The position numbers and the translations under genes are program-made. The notes below the pieces were generated by a model. It worked only from the letters and a program-made list of their open reading frames with translations. It ran no database searches and was not told the origin of the DNA. Source: a virus (Duplodnaviria; Caudoviricetes). From it: 28,445 nt of DNA. How positions within the stretch are numbered: the stretch's first letter is position 1; each line of letters starts with the position of its first letter. Shown one piece after another: positions 9,201-16,565 of this stretch. Location of the stretch: positions 1 to 28,445 of the IMG/VR virus record IMGVR_UViG_3300044580_000221; one strand, written 5' to 3'.

Positions 9201-10023
9201 CGCTTAAAGCGTCCTGGGCCAGGTTTTCAGTAACAGAAGCCGCTCCGGCACCGGCAGAACGCTGTAGGATACGGTTTAATACAGTCTTCCCCAGGTCTGC
9301 GTCCTTGAATATCTTGCCTGTAACAGCGCCACCGGCGGCCGCCGTGCCTACTTTGGCGGCTCTTTGCTCAGGGGTAAGTTGCTCCTGCCGGTCTGTAACC
9401 TGCCTTACGGTCTCCTGGGCGGCCGGAATGGCCGCGAATTTAGCCACTGTGCCGCCTCCCGGGATAAGATAAGGCAAAACCCCGGCCACAACCTGAGAAA
9501 TAGCAGAATCGGCCGGAAACTCCTGTTTAAGCTCCGGATGCCCCGGGGTAATACCCAAAGCCCCCTGAGCGGCTCCTTGAATCCTGGCGACCCCTCTGCG
9601 GGATTCCTGGCGCTGCTTTTTGACAATATCCTCAACATTATCGGTTCCGTAGGTGGTTTTCAGCTCTTCTTTGGAGAATCCGGATAGGTAATTACGCACC
9701 ACGTCCCATCCTTTATCCCCTACCGTGGCCTCAATTATCTTTGCCAGCGGAGTCTCGGCCTTCTGCGTTTTGCCTTCCGGCTTTACAAGGTTTTTCTTGA
9801 TTTCAGGTGATAAGGCTTTTATCTCGGGGATTGGACGCTTGATCTCCGGGGAAGTATACGGGACGGATTCCTTTGAGACTATCTCCGGCAGCGGGTTTTC
9901 GGTATCCAAGACAAGCTTAGGCTTCTGGACGGTAGAGACAGGCTCTTGATCAAGAACAAGGCGGGGCTTCTTGACCTCCGGAGTCTCCTGGGCCTTCGGC
10001 TCATCCAAAACAAGGACTGGCAT
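3280..10023 (-). CDS. Giant polyvalent ejection protein: RadC/JAB domain, zincin (MPTase-like) domain, LPD38-like C-terminus
   Basis: JAB motif E...YFAHNHPSGNPEASEPD (HNHPSG at 7021..7038); THEIAHHID (HEIAH at 6109..6123) with downstream EGFAEY; C-terminal LRLPMPFE...KNYFGSPIE...ISPVKMEY; last of three ejection-type genes. Confidence 0.8.
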   Translation of the reverse strand: MPVLVLDEPKAQETPEVKKPRLVLDQEPVSTVQKPKLVLDTENPLPEIVSKESVPYTSPEIKRPIPEIKALSPEIKKNLVKPEGKTQKAETPLAKIIEATVGDKGWDVVRNYLSGFSKEELKTTYGTDNVEDIVKKQRQESRRGVARIQGAAQGALGITPGHPELKQEFPADSAISQVVAGVLPYLIPGGGTVAKFAAIPAAQETVRQVTDRQEQLTPEQRAAKVGTAAAGGAVTGKIFKDADLGKTVLNRILQRSAGAGAASVTENLAQDALSGKEPDAKSALVRGGINAATIGILGAMTEIPQMRGLVMSEGRRIAGKPVSYKESLKLVKQAQLNPETDLSPNFQKALYEQNRKVFLKKLKSEYGNVDDVILEVQQAKGKLQRAQIFDRVGAKEAARARAAGADPSKGMYAELLPYREQIINGADPIDVLMTKRLAERLQPKTQIEQTIKGAKGGIELDEKSAVKLNDDIKTGIEDMKSEISSGGRGRRYVTRDNITGEVINAGYEPSSYPPYFQNRGYSAKPVLNILDKALNGKPLTEKQVVVLDDLYGNYKEMINEERRLQQEIGGIEQPELQEIDRAGQDQAYHDLESGRGEGAGVRLFPDPEEAFAFINKVESEGGYANVTRASDEGIEVNFWYSSVAEQGKQYQIHKEPYEMTREEFKNIPLIKYIGDRLKDKINPLKVAERNQLAQQLVDTGLMSIDSFNAMTNQHGFGGKVVGVGNLTTGKPIPSKPTEGQIGDLLNYIGQWQIFSNIPLFAHRKAIIRALVDGKKVPSRVIDDYKDWGWITADGTTAYPDSNGKMIGVPLKEAVESYGVRYDPNLIEPNLDNSESSKYTLGEKEIAYGSPEEAESKIAKAAADISRYSGQTPQLSEGTVRESKGTGRNAGDIRPADKGIRFPEKLSKIAEELRKRGFVDFRGKEVNSIHDVAEIAAAFRHPLIEQFQVIYLKEKQIMAHQVISSGMPDRVYFKSKLYYRISNAADRVGADEIYFAHNHPSGNPEASEPDIETTKTAYSLIGKRFKGHIVTDSGKFSFISKSFQEAAVIKARMYDFFSEKPDYRKEAGRMTSFSVEGAAGAAKDFVRNNKTAVIFCDAQSSVLSIDSIGSRSDIYKYISESVQRYKAAQYIIVCEIGNLPNTNKLPARMTDVIQLDSRGGGYEVKSLARGDFDMGDVEIEKRERGETYRVQEFVNKNRQGLYKKFYGEAKSAKYSNLGAERIAEKKTAEALKSGSWGVSMPKEPAIGKKVNKTEILSYAEKAFNVPIRGRATHRFKNLAGIYSRREQIVRLRRWGEIEPMTHEIAHHIDAQMKKDLGKHWKSGSASGKERAALYKELGRLDYEPEKSRISEGFAEYMRHYLTTGQAAQKAPLFHKFFTEVFLKSNPDFAKKLTSLKDMIDTWQGQGAENRILAQIDFQKEHIEVPGWFLKARKAYEWFNRNFIDEFYTLRKIEEQMGIKPGVNIRPTADPFTMATYAKSKAGLIARTFVMEKAIDEYGKILGPGLVEILSPVSAKEMPSFIAYGIAQRALNLQKRGIESGVDIEDAKFIVDKYSAKEDWDSVLEGITSWSNHLLDWVIRAGGLGKQEAAIIRELNPIYLPFKRAFVNEMTVSRGSGASLVNRGEAVKSIKGSARPIINPIESLVSQASEMILKAQKINIARLIADLARKEGVGGFISRVPAPMTAQSFTLEKLKSQLEEIGVDLADANLEDMLTVFTQGQQYRGKDNVVSIFRDGKREFYELHPDLYRALSGLDTLDRGTLLKIFSPFARMLRLGATGLKLSFNLVRNPWRDALSYAVLSKHKDSIPILDTTKGVLTEITAKPGDLAWRFKNTGGSLSGMMGFDRAATMSIYDDLINQKLKASKKVIKAINLKNVPSLLSYLLNQVREGLNVFELGPRVAELEKSYKKYIKEHPDWTEEDAFVKAFNDAQDVTVNFTKSGYMGKRINEVTAFFNASVQGANKMGRAIKENPVGFFVKGLAWLTTLTLINWFKIKDKQWYKNLPPDYRYSNFFFEVGEHTILRLPMPFEVGTLFVSLPMAMMDAWEMNDTKYVESVRKIIEGQIPRPWNISMTAPVIQALENKNYFGSPIESRTLENLPVGERKTYNTSKLATALAGVVNGFKKDTISPVKMEYILNQYTGGALRQIPQRDIKETSDIPVLSDILVHAPEKPQRQLGEFYVDLERLKYERATDTLKGDDIRRYYRLHAASALLSAWRKKAVEYDKKGDIQGIRSVYRKIGEILGKVGYE

Positions 10024-10024
10024 A

Positions 10025-10744
10025 TTACTCCTCTATGCGGTATTTCTTGCCATCCCTGACGACTTTCCAGATGCCGTTTTCCTGGAAGGCATCAGGATAT
10101 TCGGAGTAAGGCGACTTTTGCGCGCCTGATTGGGATTGGTCTCCTTGCCCGGATCCTATAAGCTTGGAAAGTCTTTGCGCCATGGTAACACTCGGAAGAG
10201 ATTGAGCCACACTCTGCATAGCCTCTACCCCCGGAAGCATTCCTGCTGCAGTCTGCTGTTGATCTGTCCCTGCCCCGGGTAACTTGCTTCTTATGGCCGA
10301 TATTATTCTCCCGAGTATCCCGAGTTTATCTCCGCTTGCGCCATCGGATTGACTTCCTGCCTGGGTTTGACCTTCAGATGAATCCTCAGATTTAAAGTCT
10401 TCTATATCCCCAGCTCTGCGCATAAACCTGTTGGCATAGGCCGCCTCATTCTGCGAAAGCCCCTCTCCGTTTGCGACCTTAAGCTTTATACCCTGCTCGA
10501 AGTCCTTAACGTCGTCTTTCTTGTCCGGCTTCATTTTTGCCAATGCGAACTCCAATGCCTCCTGCTTTGTGGTAGGCTTCCATTCTTTTGCCTGAGGTTC
10601 GCTTATGTCTAACTGCGGGACCTTCCCGGAAGAGGCAGTATTCGCTATTAAAGCAAGAACTTTTTTAAGCTTGTCTTTCATCTGGCTTCCGTTCTCAGAA
10701 CCAGTATCGTCTGTTCCGCCTGAACCGCTTAATATACCGCTCAT
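10025..10744 (-). CDS. Putative ejection/internal virion protein
   Basis: G/S/Q-rich low complexity; lies between the gp7-like gene and the giant gene. Confidence 0.5.
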   Translation of the reverse strand: MSGILSGSGGTDDTGSENGSQMKDKLKKVLALIANTASSGKVPQLDISEPQAKEWKPTTKQEALEFALAKMKPDKKDDVKDFEQGIKLKVANGEGLSQNEAAYANRFMRRAGDIEDFKSEDSSEGQTQAGSQSDGASGDKLGILGRIISAIRSKLPGAGTDQQQTAAGMLPGVEAMQSVAQSLPSVTMAQRLSKLIGSGQGDQSQSGAQKSPYSEYPDAFQENGIWKVVRDGKKYRIEE

Positions 10745-10756
10745 TTATTCACCCCC

Positions 10757-11539
10757 TTATAGTAGCAATGTGGCCAGACTCGCCGCCAGGGCTATATATT
10801 GCCCGGTTTCGTCATCGTCGGATGAGTCGTAGGTTTTTGTGCTTGTTGAAGTAGAACCCGCGCCAGCTAAACTGGCTATGATATTGGCGAGGCTCGTTCC
10901 GTAACTTTGCGTATTCAGGTAATCGCTGTATAACTTATCGAGGCCGGACTGGCTGAGCGTCCTTTCCAGACTCCCATATGTCTGCGCGGCCGCCGCTTTC
11001 TTCAGGTCGGTTTCAGTCTCCTGTTGTCCGAGGTTGGCCGCCGCCGAAGCAGCCGTCAACTTGTTCTGTCTTTCCTGGTTGGCCAGAGAATAGATTATTT
11101 CGTTCAGGCTGTTTGCCGTATCCTCTGCGGCGTCTGACTGCGATGCCAGCCTTGCGCCAGACCAGTAAGACCCTCCGCCGGCGGCCTGGCTCGCTATATT
11201 TTTCTGCGTCTCAGCCAGGTTTTTATTGGCCTCTGCCTTAACCGCCTGGTAATAACCGGACGTGGTAGGATCATATTTATCGCTTGATAGCGTGTCGGAA
11301 TATTCTTTCTTCGCGGCAGTGGTAAGCGAAGAGTCGGTGGAATCAAGATACTTCTGCAAGAGAGATGTTGACTGTTTCTCCTGCGCAGTCTCATCTGCCG
11401 TCAATTGACCGGAATAACCAGAGAGAGAACTCAACTGGTTGCTAAGCCAAGACTTTAGCTGTTTAGTGAGCTCTGTATCGGAACTGGAAGATACCGTTGT
11501 TGAATTTTGGTTACTGCTCGATCCGAGTATTCCGCCCAT
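10757..11539 (-). CDS. Putative DNA-transfer/pilot ejection protein (P22 gp7-like position)
   Basis: MGG start, S/T/A/Q-rich helical sequence, GGSYWSGAR motif, hydrophobic C-terminus; follows the GNAT-like gene. Confidence 0.6.
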   Translation of the reverse strand: MGGILGSSSNQNSTTVSSSSDTELTKQLKSWLSNQLSSLSGYSGQLTADETAQEKQSTSLLQKYLDSTDSSLTTAAKKEYSDTLSSDKYDPTTSGYYQAVKAEANKNLAETQKNIASQAAGGGSYWSGARLASQSDAAEDTANSLNEIIYSLANQERQNKLTAASAAANLGQQETETDLKKAAAAQTYGSLERTLSQSGLDKLYSDYLNTQSYGTSLANIIASLAGAGSTSTSTKTYDSSDDDETGQYIALAASLATLLL

Positions 11540-11540
11540 T

Positions 11541-11957
11541 TTATCGCTCCTTTGTTAAATCCATCTTCAACACGCTGCCGTGCATCTCAAAATGATATTT
11601 ATATATAAATCCCCTCGGATTTCTTTGGGTAATGAAATAGATCCTTTTCAACCCCTTTGCTTTCGCCCAGGTTTTGACCTTTGTCAGCAATTCGAATCCG
11701 ATGCTCTTGTCTTCTTTGCACGGATTGATCACGCAGAACTGGATGAACGCACACTTTTCTCCGTCAAACGTCTCAACCGTCGCATATATAAATCCCGTTA
11801 CTTCCGGTTCCCGCCAGTCCATATAAGCCACGGTATTATCGTTGTTGAGCGTGGAGTATATGAACTTTTTCAACGCTTCCAGCGGCGTCCCCTGGACCAC
11901 CTCGGCAAGTTTGACAAGCTTCGGCACCCACAACGGGTTATCGAATTTAAGTATCAT
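11541..11957 (-). CDS. GNAT-fold acetyltransferase-like virion assembly protein
   Basis: GFIYA...IGFELLTKVKTWAKAKGLKRIYF fits GNAT motifs A/B; usual position before podovirus ejection genes. Confidence 0.6.
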   Translation of the reverse strand: MILKFDNPLWVPKLVKLAEVVQGTPLEALKKFIYSTLNNDNTVAYMDWREPEVTGFIYATVETFDGEKCAFIQFCVINPCKEDKSIGFELLTKVKTWAKAKGLKRIYFITQRNPRGFIYKYHFEMHGSVLKMDLTKER

Positions 11958-12280
11958 TCGTCTTCTTTCTCCCCGGATCCGGTCTGCCTGAGAATCTCTT
12001 TCTCAAGGTCGCTCTCGCCCTTATCTATGCCTATCTTTAGGACATCATAGTTTACGCGCCTGCTTTTGCGCTCGCCGTTCTCGTCCATCCCTTTACTGGT
12101 CATTTTCATTACTACCGTAGCGGTTATTGTATCCCCGACGTCTTTGTTAAATAAAACGTCTGGTACGTTTTCATACATACTAAAGCCCGGGTAATAGATA
12201 CGGACTTTCTTTTCTGACGGCTTGCTCGGCTGTTCTGCAATCGTGTTCTCTTCTTTTCTCCCCAGGTCGATCATCTTCAT
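11954..12280 (-). CDS. Hypothetical virion protein, possibly capsid staple/cement-like
   Basis: MIDLG...YYPGFSM...VGDTITATVVMKMTS; beta-rich; within the virion operon. Confidence 0.4.
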   Translation of the reverse strand: MKMIDLGRKEENTIAEQPSKPSEKKVRIYYPGFSMYENVPDVLFNKDVGDTITATVVMKMTSKGMDENGERKSRRVNYDVLKIGIDKGESDLEKEILRQTGSGEKEDE

Positions 12281-12292
12281 TGTTTACCCCTT

Positions 12293-12622
12293 TCAGACCA
12301 AGATAATTTGTTTGAACGCATAAGTATATTGTCCTGAGCCATCTATCCCGGAACGTATGCAAGTATACATCGTATCCGGATCTGAATCCGTTGCGCCTTG
12401 CAGCAGGAACAACTTTCCCCTGTATTTTTCCAACGGTTCGTCCGGCAAATCCTCAACGATATCGGCCGCGCGGTCAAGGGCGTTTACGTCGTCGGAGATA
12501 TTCTCCGACAATTTTTTCATGATCTCGTTGAGGTCCTTGCAGAACTGAAGTGTAGCCTCGTCTTTTATCTGAGAATAATCAGGGAACATCCCCAGGCTCG
12601 TTGTCTTTATCGTCCTGCTCAT
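12293..12622 (-). CDS. Hypothetical tail-associated protein
   Basis: ATGA-coupled to the nozzle gene; N-terminal helix then beta strands. Confidence 0.55.
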   Translation of the reverse strand: MSRTIKTTSLGMFPDYSQIKDEATLQFCKDLNEIMKKLSENISDDVNALDRAADIVEDLPDEPLEKYRGKLFLLQGATDSDPDTMYTCIRSGIDGSGQYTYAFKQIILV

Positions 12623-14403
12623 CTATTTGTCTTTCCTTTGGCGTATAGATAGTTAAGCCAGCCGAGAAGCGAGAAATGGTTTGTCGCCTCGAGCGAAGTC
12701 CTGAAATTCACCCCGTGCCGGTCCCAGGTAATGTTTTTCTTCACAACGTCTTTGTCGACGTCCACAAGAGATATGGTATGCGTCAGTGATTCATCGGCTA
12801 TCCTGTCGTCTTTTCGTAAAGATACTTTTACCTCTCCGGAGATATCGCTTTCCAGCCAATGCTGTTGTTTCCAGAGCCGTTTCGTGGTATCCGGCAGGTC
12901 GAAATTCATACGGGAGCTCGAGAACTTTCGCGTATAATCTTCCCCGTCGTCGGTATACCCGACATCCGCGTCCCTGATATACCCGTCCGATCCGCCGTAG
13001 ACTATCTGTGGCGCGCCGGAAAGGAAGTTGCGCGAATTCCAGAAACCATCTTGTTCGTCGACATATCTTTCGTCCCAGGGGCTATCATCAACGTAGAAAT
13101 CCTCGACATTTAAATACTCCCCGATGATATTGCAGGCCTGTTCAGACGCATATTCCCAGATATGCAGAATACCCTGGTTGTAGTCATACGTAATGCAGGC
13201 GTTCATATAGTCAGGGTTGTTATGCGGGACAAACCAGCGTATTTGATTCCTCGATTCCACCTGATATCCAAAAATGTCCTGCTCAAGGTTGGGATCGAAG
13301 TTTATACAGTAAGAATCTATCTCTTCGCTTATAACGTTATCTGTCAATAGATTCCAAGAATGGAACCGGTTTTCGGGCCCATAATAAAAGATATACTTAT
13401 CGTTGGCCGTTATAGACCGCGGCGCCCAGGCGCCAGCGCAGGAATTTGAAGTCTCATAGGTGAATGAATCGCTTGAACTTGAATATCTGCCGACCTGCGC
13501 GTCGCGTTCCCTAAAGACGATATGATACCCATTCCAGACAAGACTTCCTGTTATCCAATACCCGCCTTCGACAAAATCCTGAAAATCAAGGTCGTCATAA
13601 TCTTCGCAGTCTCCGACTTCACTCCACCTTATCCTTTGTGGCTGGTTGCCTGATTCTATTGTATGCAGCCAGAAAACGCGGTCTTTATATACCTCGATGT
13701 ATTTTGCCGAGACAAAGCTGGTAGGTAGATTTGACAAGGCCTGCACCTGCCCTGTTCCGGTGTATCTTATCGGGGTATCAACGCCGTTTGTGGCCAGCCA
13801 TACTTCGCCGAGATTCTTGTCGTAAAAAGACCGCGCGTGCCAGAAGTCAGCGCTGCCGCCGTTGAATATCTTCCTTGCGACGTATGCCGTGCTGGCCGCT
13901 GTCTCGACTGCGGCTGTTTTTAAAGTGAGCTGTGTATCGCTGTCAACGGAATCAATCTCATACCAAGTTGAACCGGTATGAATGTCCCCGGAGCCGATCT
14001 TGATATAATCCCCGGCTTTTAGCTCAGTAGACCAGGCCGTGCCGGAACCAAGAACCACATTTAAAGCGGCAGACTGTATTTCTATCGTTCCCGTGGTATA
14101 AACAGGCGTGAGGATATCGAAACGTTTGTTATTAAAGTCATATTTGTAAATATCCTTCGTGGTGCAGATCATCCAATACCAGGTGGAATTGAACTTCCAG
14201 AACTGTTCAATAAGCAACAGCGGACCCGATAGCTGTTGTGAATCAAACTTATCCAGTCCGAGCCGGCCGCGCAGGTATTCGTTATAGAATTCCACATTGC
14301 GTGAATCGGCGGAAGAGTAGTTATTCGACAAAAACTCTTCCGGCTTGTCTATCACTATGCCTTTATTCGGCAGGAATGTCGGTATCGTCTGCAATGCGCT
14401 CAC
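12619..14403 (-). CDS. Tail nozzle / packaged-DNA stabilisation protein (P22 gp10 / T7 gp12-like)
   Basis: 594 aa, beta-propeller-like (ATNGVDTP, YKDRVFW, RIRWSEVGD); expected position. Confidence 0.65.
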   Translation of the reverse strand: MSALQTIPTFLPNKGIVIDKPEEFLSNNYSSADSRNVEFYNEYLRGRLGLDKFDSQQLSGPLLLIEQFWKFNSTWYWMICTTKDIYKYDFNNKRFDILTPVYTTGTIEIQSAALNVVLGSGTAWSTELKAGDYIKIGSGDIHTGSTWYEIDSVDSDTQLTLKTAAVETAASTAYVARKIFNGGSADFWHARSFYDKNLGEVWLATNGVDTPIRYTGTGQVQALSNLPTSFVSAKYIEVYKDRVFWLHTIESGNQPQRIRWSEVGDCEDYDDLDFQDFVEGGYWITGSLVWNGYHIVFRERDAQVGRYSSSSDSFTYETSNSCAGAWAPRSITANDKYIFYYGPENRFHSWNLLTDNVISEEIDSYCINFDPNLEQDIFGYQVESRNQIRWFVPHNNPDYMNACITYDYNQGILHIWEYASEQACNIIGEYLNVEDFYVDDSPWDERYVDEQDGFWNSRNFLSGAPQIVYGGSDGYIRDADVGYTDDGEDYTRKFSSSRMNFDLPDTTKRLWKQQHWLESDISGEVKVSLRKDDRIADESLTHTISLVDVDKDVVKKNITWDRHGVNFRTSLEATNHFSLLGWLNYLYAKGKTNR

Positions 14404-14407
14404 CCTT

Positions 14408-15328
14408 TTAATACTTAATGATCATATTTGTTACCATGTGAGGGTTCATAACATCTTGAGCCGAGCTACCAGAAGAAGGGACAAGAATATCAGAGTTTAT
14501 ATAATCACGGGTAATTTCATACTGACCATTATTACCTGTTTTTAGCGCCAACCTATTGTCTCCGTCTGTTCCGTTGCTGTTAACTTTGGTGTAGGTGGTG
14601 GCGGCCAGAATTGTATGGGTATGTGATATATCTTTGGTCTTTGCGCCGCCTGTTTGCCCGATATACGAAAAGTCAGAATCGGAAGAATCTCTCCCTACTG
14701 GCATTAGCCCCTGCCAGTCCGGCAGGTTAAACGTTGTGCTTCCGTCCCCTGCTCCGAATGTCGTTCCTATGACCGCAAAAAGGTCTGCATAGGTAGTGCG
14801 TGATAGCGCCTGTCCCTGGCAAAGAAGCCATCCATCCGGGGCCGTTGTCGTAGGCCAGAGTAGTTGAGCGCCGACCGGGACAACTCCCGGAATCCGCACT
14901 CGGTCGTCAGCGTCAACCTTAAACACTTCAACGTATCCGTCGCCGTCTTTATTCGTTACCTTAAACCACTCATTGTTTGGCAAACGGTTGCCTTTATCGG
15001 TAAGCTGAATCTCGTTTGCGTCCGCATCGATGACGAACAACTCCACTTTCTCGTCATCACCTACCGTCTTGCCGTATATGTCGATCGCGGCTTCCGAACC
15101 TGTGCCGGTTGGCTGGACAGGCGTGCCGGTGCCTACGGTGATAAACCGGCCTTTTTTGAACCCGACGATTGTCTCCCATTCGCTTTCGCTGTCTGTCGTG
15201 AACCCGTAGATAATATCCTGAAGCCTCTCGGCCAGGTCTTTCATTATGTTTCTTGAATAACCCGGGATATTCTTAAATTTTGAATGATCTGGGATTAACG
15301 ACGAATCCCAATTACGCGTAAATGTCAT
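14408..15328 (-). CDS. Tail fibre protein with a phage tail collar domain
   Basis: VPVGAQLLW...APDGWLLCQGQALSRTTYADLFAVIGTTFGAGDGSTTFNLPD, followed by HTH(T) and NPHMVTNMIIKY. Confidence 0.85.
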   Translation of the reverse strand: MTFTRNWDSSLIPDHSKFKNIPGYSRNIMKDLAERLQDIIYGFTTDSESEWETIVGFKKGRFITVGTGTPVQPTGTGSEAAIDIYGKTVGDDEKVELFVIDADANEIQLTDKGNRLPNNEWFKVTNKDGDGYVEVFKVDADDRVRIPGVVPVGAQLLWPTTTAPDGWLLCQGQALSRTTYADLFAVIGTTFGAGDGSTTFNLPDWQGLMPVGRDSSDSDFSYIGQTGGAKTKDISHTHTILAATTYTKVNSNGTDGDNRLALKTGNNGQYEITRDYINSDILVPSSGSSAQDVMNPHMVTNMIIKY

Positions 15329-15462
15329 CTTATACCTCCAGGGTTCTTACCGCGTAACTCTGTGCCAATAAGTAATACAGGTCAGAATTAAGCAGGCAGA
15401 AAATCAACATCGAAAAAAACCTGTTATTTGAGAACTTTATACGCATACGCTCAGATGATTTT

Positions 15463-15999
15463 CTATGCGACTTTAACCTTATGGTTAATCAATAACGAAT
15501 CTCCATTCGCAACGTTTAAAACAGCGAAGGATTGGCTGGCCAACATTGTGCCGGCCAATGTAGCGTTAAATATGCCTTCTTCTGTTAACGCCAAGGATCC
15601 AGTAAAAGAAAACGTGGTGGTAAACTGCATAGTGTCGTTCGAGACGGTAGTTGTAGTCAGTGTTCCAACAACATCAGCTCCGCCTCTGCGCGCCCCCCCG
15701 TTTGTAGTGCACTCGGCGCCCAATGCGGTGGCCCCAGGTGTGCCGGTTCCGAGCGCAATATAATCAAATGCCGTCCCGCCTACATCCGGAGATAACAGAC
15801 TGGCCATCAGGGCTTTTCCGGCATCTGTAATGGTGTTCTTTATGTGCCTGGTCTCTTTTATGCGGCCGTTCTTATCCCGCAGAACCATCTCTATTTCACC
15901 GGAGAGTTTTACGGAATCAAAAAGCCCCTTTCTCCTGCCTGTTCCAAAAACCTTGACTGCTAAGAAAACAAACGCCAATATGACTATTGCCTGGATCAT
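15463..15999 (-). CDS. Virion fibre-associated protein with an N-terminal hydrophobic helix
   Basis: KNTITDAGK...YIALGTG...TEEGIFNA...G.ML pattern seen in phage fibre-base domains; AAGGAGG SD. Confidence 0.6.
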   Translation of the reverse strand: MIQAIVILAFVFLAVKVFGTGRRKGLFDSVKLSGEIEMVLRDKNGRIKETRHIKNTITDAGKALMASLLSPDVGGTAFDYIALGTGTPGATALGAECTTNGGARRGGADVVGTLTTTTVSNDTMQFTTTFSFTGSLALTEEGIFNATLAGTMLASQSFAVLNVANGDSLLINHKVKVA

Positions 16000-16016
16000 G
16001 ACTTTCCTCCTTTTGC

Positions 16017-16078
16017 AAAATAAAAAGGGCGCAAACCAGTGATCCCGTCGTAAAGACGGTATTCATGGTTTACGCCCT
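16017..16078 (-). terminator. Long-stem intrinsic terminator, copy 2
   Basis: AGGGCGUAAACCA...UGGUUUGCGCCCU followed by UUUUAUUUU. Confidence 0.75.
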
Positions 16079-16097
16079 CAAGACTGTCTCGCCGGGC
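16074..16097 (-). promoter_or_regulatory. Putative antiterminator hairpin, copy 2
   Basis: GCCC-GG-CGAGA-CAG-UCUUG-A-GGGC; 20/24 identical to 26260..26283; its 3' AGGGC is also the terminator 5' arm. Confidence 0.7.
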
Positions 16098-16562
16098 TTA
16101 AACTCTACGCCAGGTATCGTCAGGCTTTATTTTTCTTCTCCAAGTGCTCACAGCAGAAGTCGCCTTTGTCCATGTGGTTGATATTGCTGATTTCCTCATC
16201 CATTTTAAAGCTTTACTAAAAAGATCCGACAAAGAAGTATTATCTAAAAATAGTCTTGTCAGCGTGCGAGTGATTGTGTCGGTTATTGTAATGGTTTCCT
16301 CGAGTAATTTTGTGATTGTTCTGGTTATAGCGTCGCTTGAGGTAATGGAATCAATGAACGACCTGACAACTCCCCTACTGAGAATATCCGATAAAGAGGA
16401 AGAATCAGAGAACCCGCGGCTTATTCCTTTACTCATTGTTTCAGTAACTGACATGGTTTCCTCAGCTACTCCTTCCCAAACAAGAGACACGACAAGATTA
16501 CTTTCCAAATCTATTACCTCGTTCAAAGATAAATCTATAACTGGTGCGCGAAAAAAATTCAT
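16098..16562 (-). CDS. Thr/Ser-rich repeat protein (about five 18-aa repeats), probably a virion fibre component
   Basis: ETMSVTETMSKGISRGFS / DSSSLSDILSRGVVRSFI / DSITSSDAITRTITKLLE / ETITITDTITRTLTRLFL / DNTSLSDLFSKALKW. Confidence 0.65.
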   Translation of the reverse strand: MNFFRAPVIDLSLNEVIDLESNLVVSLVWEGVAEETMSVTETMSKGISRGFSDSSSLSDILSRGVVRSFIDSITSSDAITRTITKLLEETITITDTITRTLTRLFLDNTSLSDLFSKALKWMRKSAISTTWTKATSAVSTWRRKIKPDDTWRRV

Positions 16563-16565
16563 AGT

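Noticed and set aside
15330-15446. 38-aa minus-strand ORF (MRIKFSNNRFF...)
   Set aside because: It fills the gap but has no clear SD or motif, so it cannot be supported.
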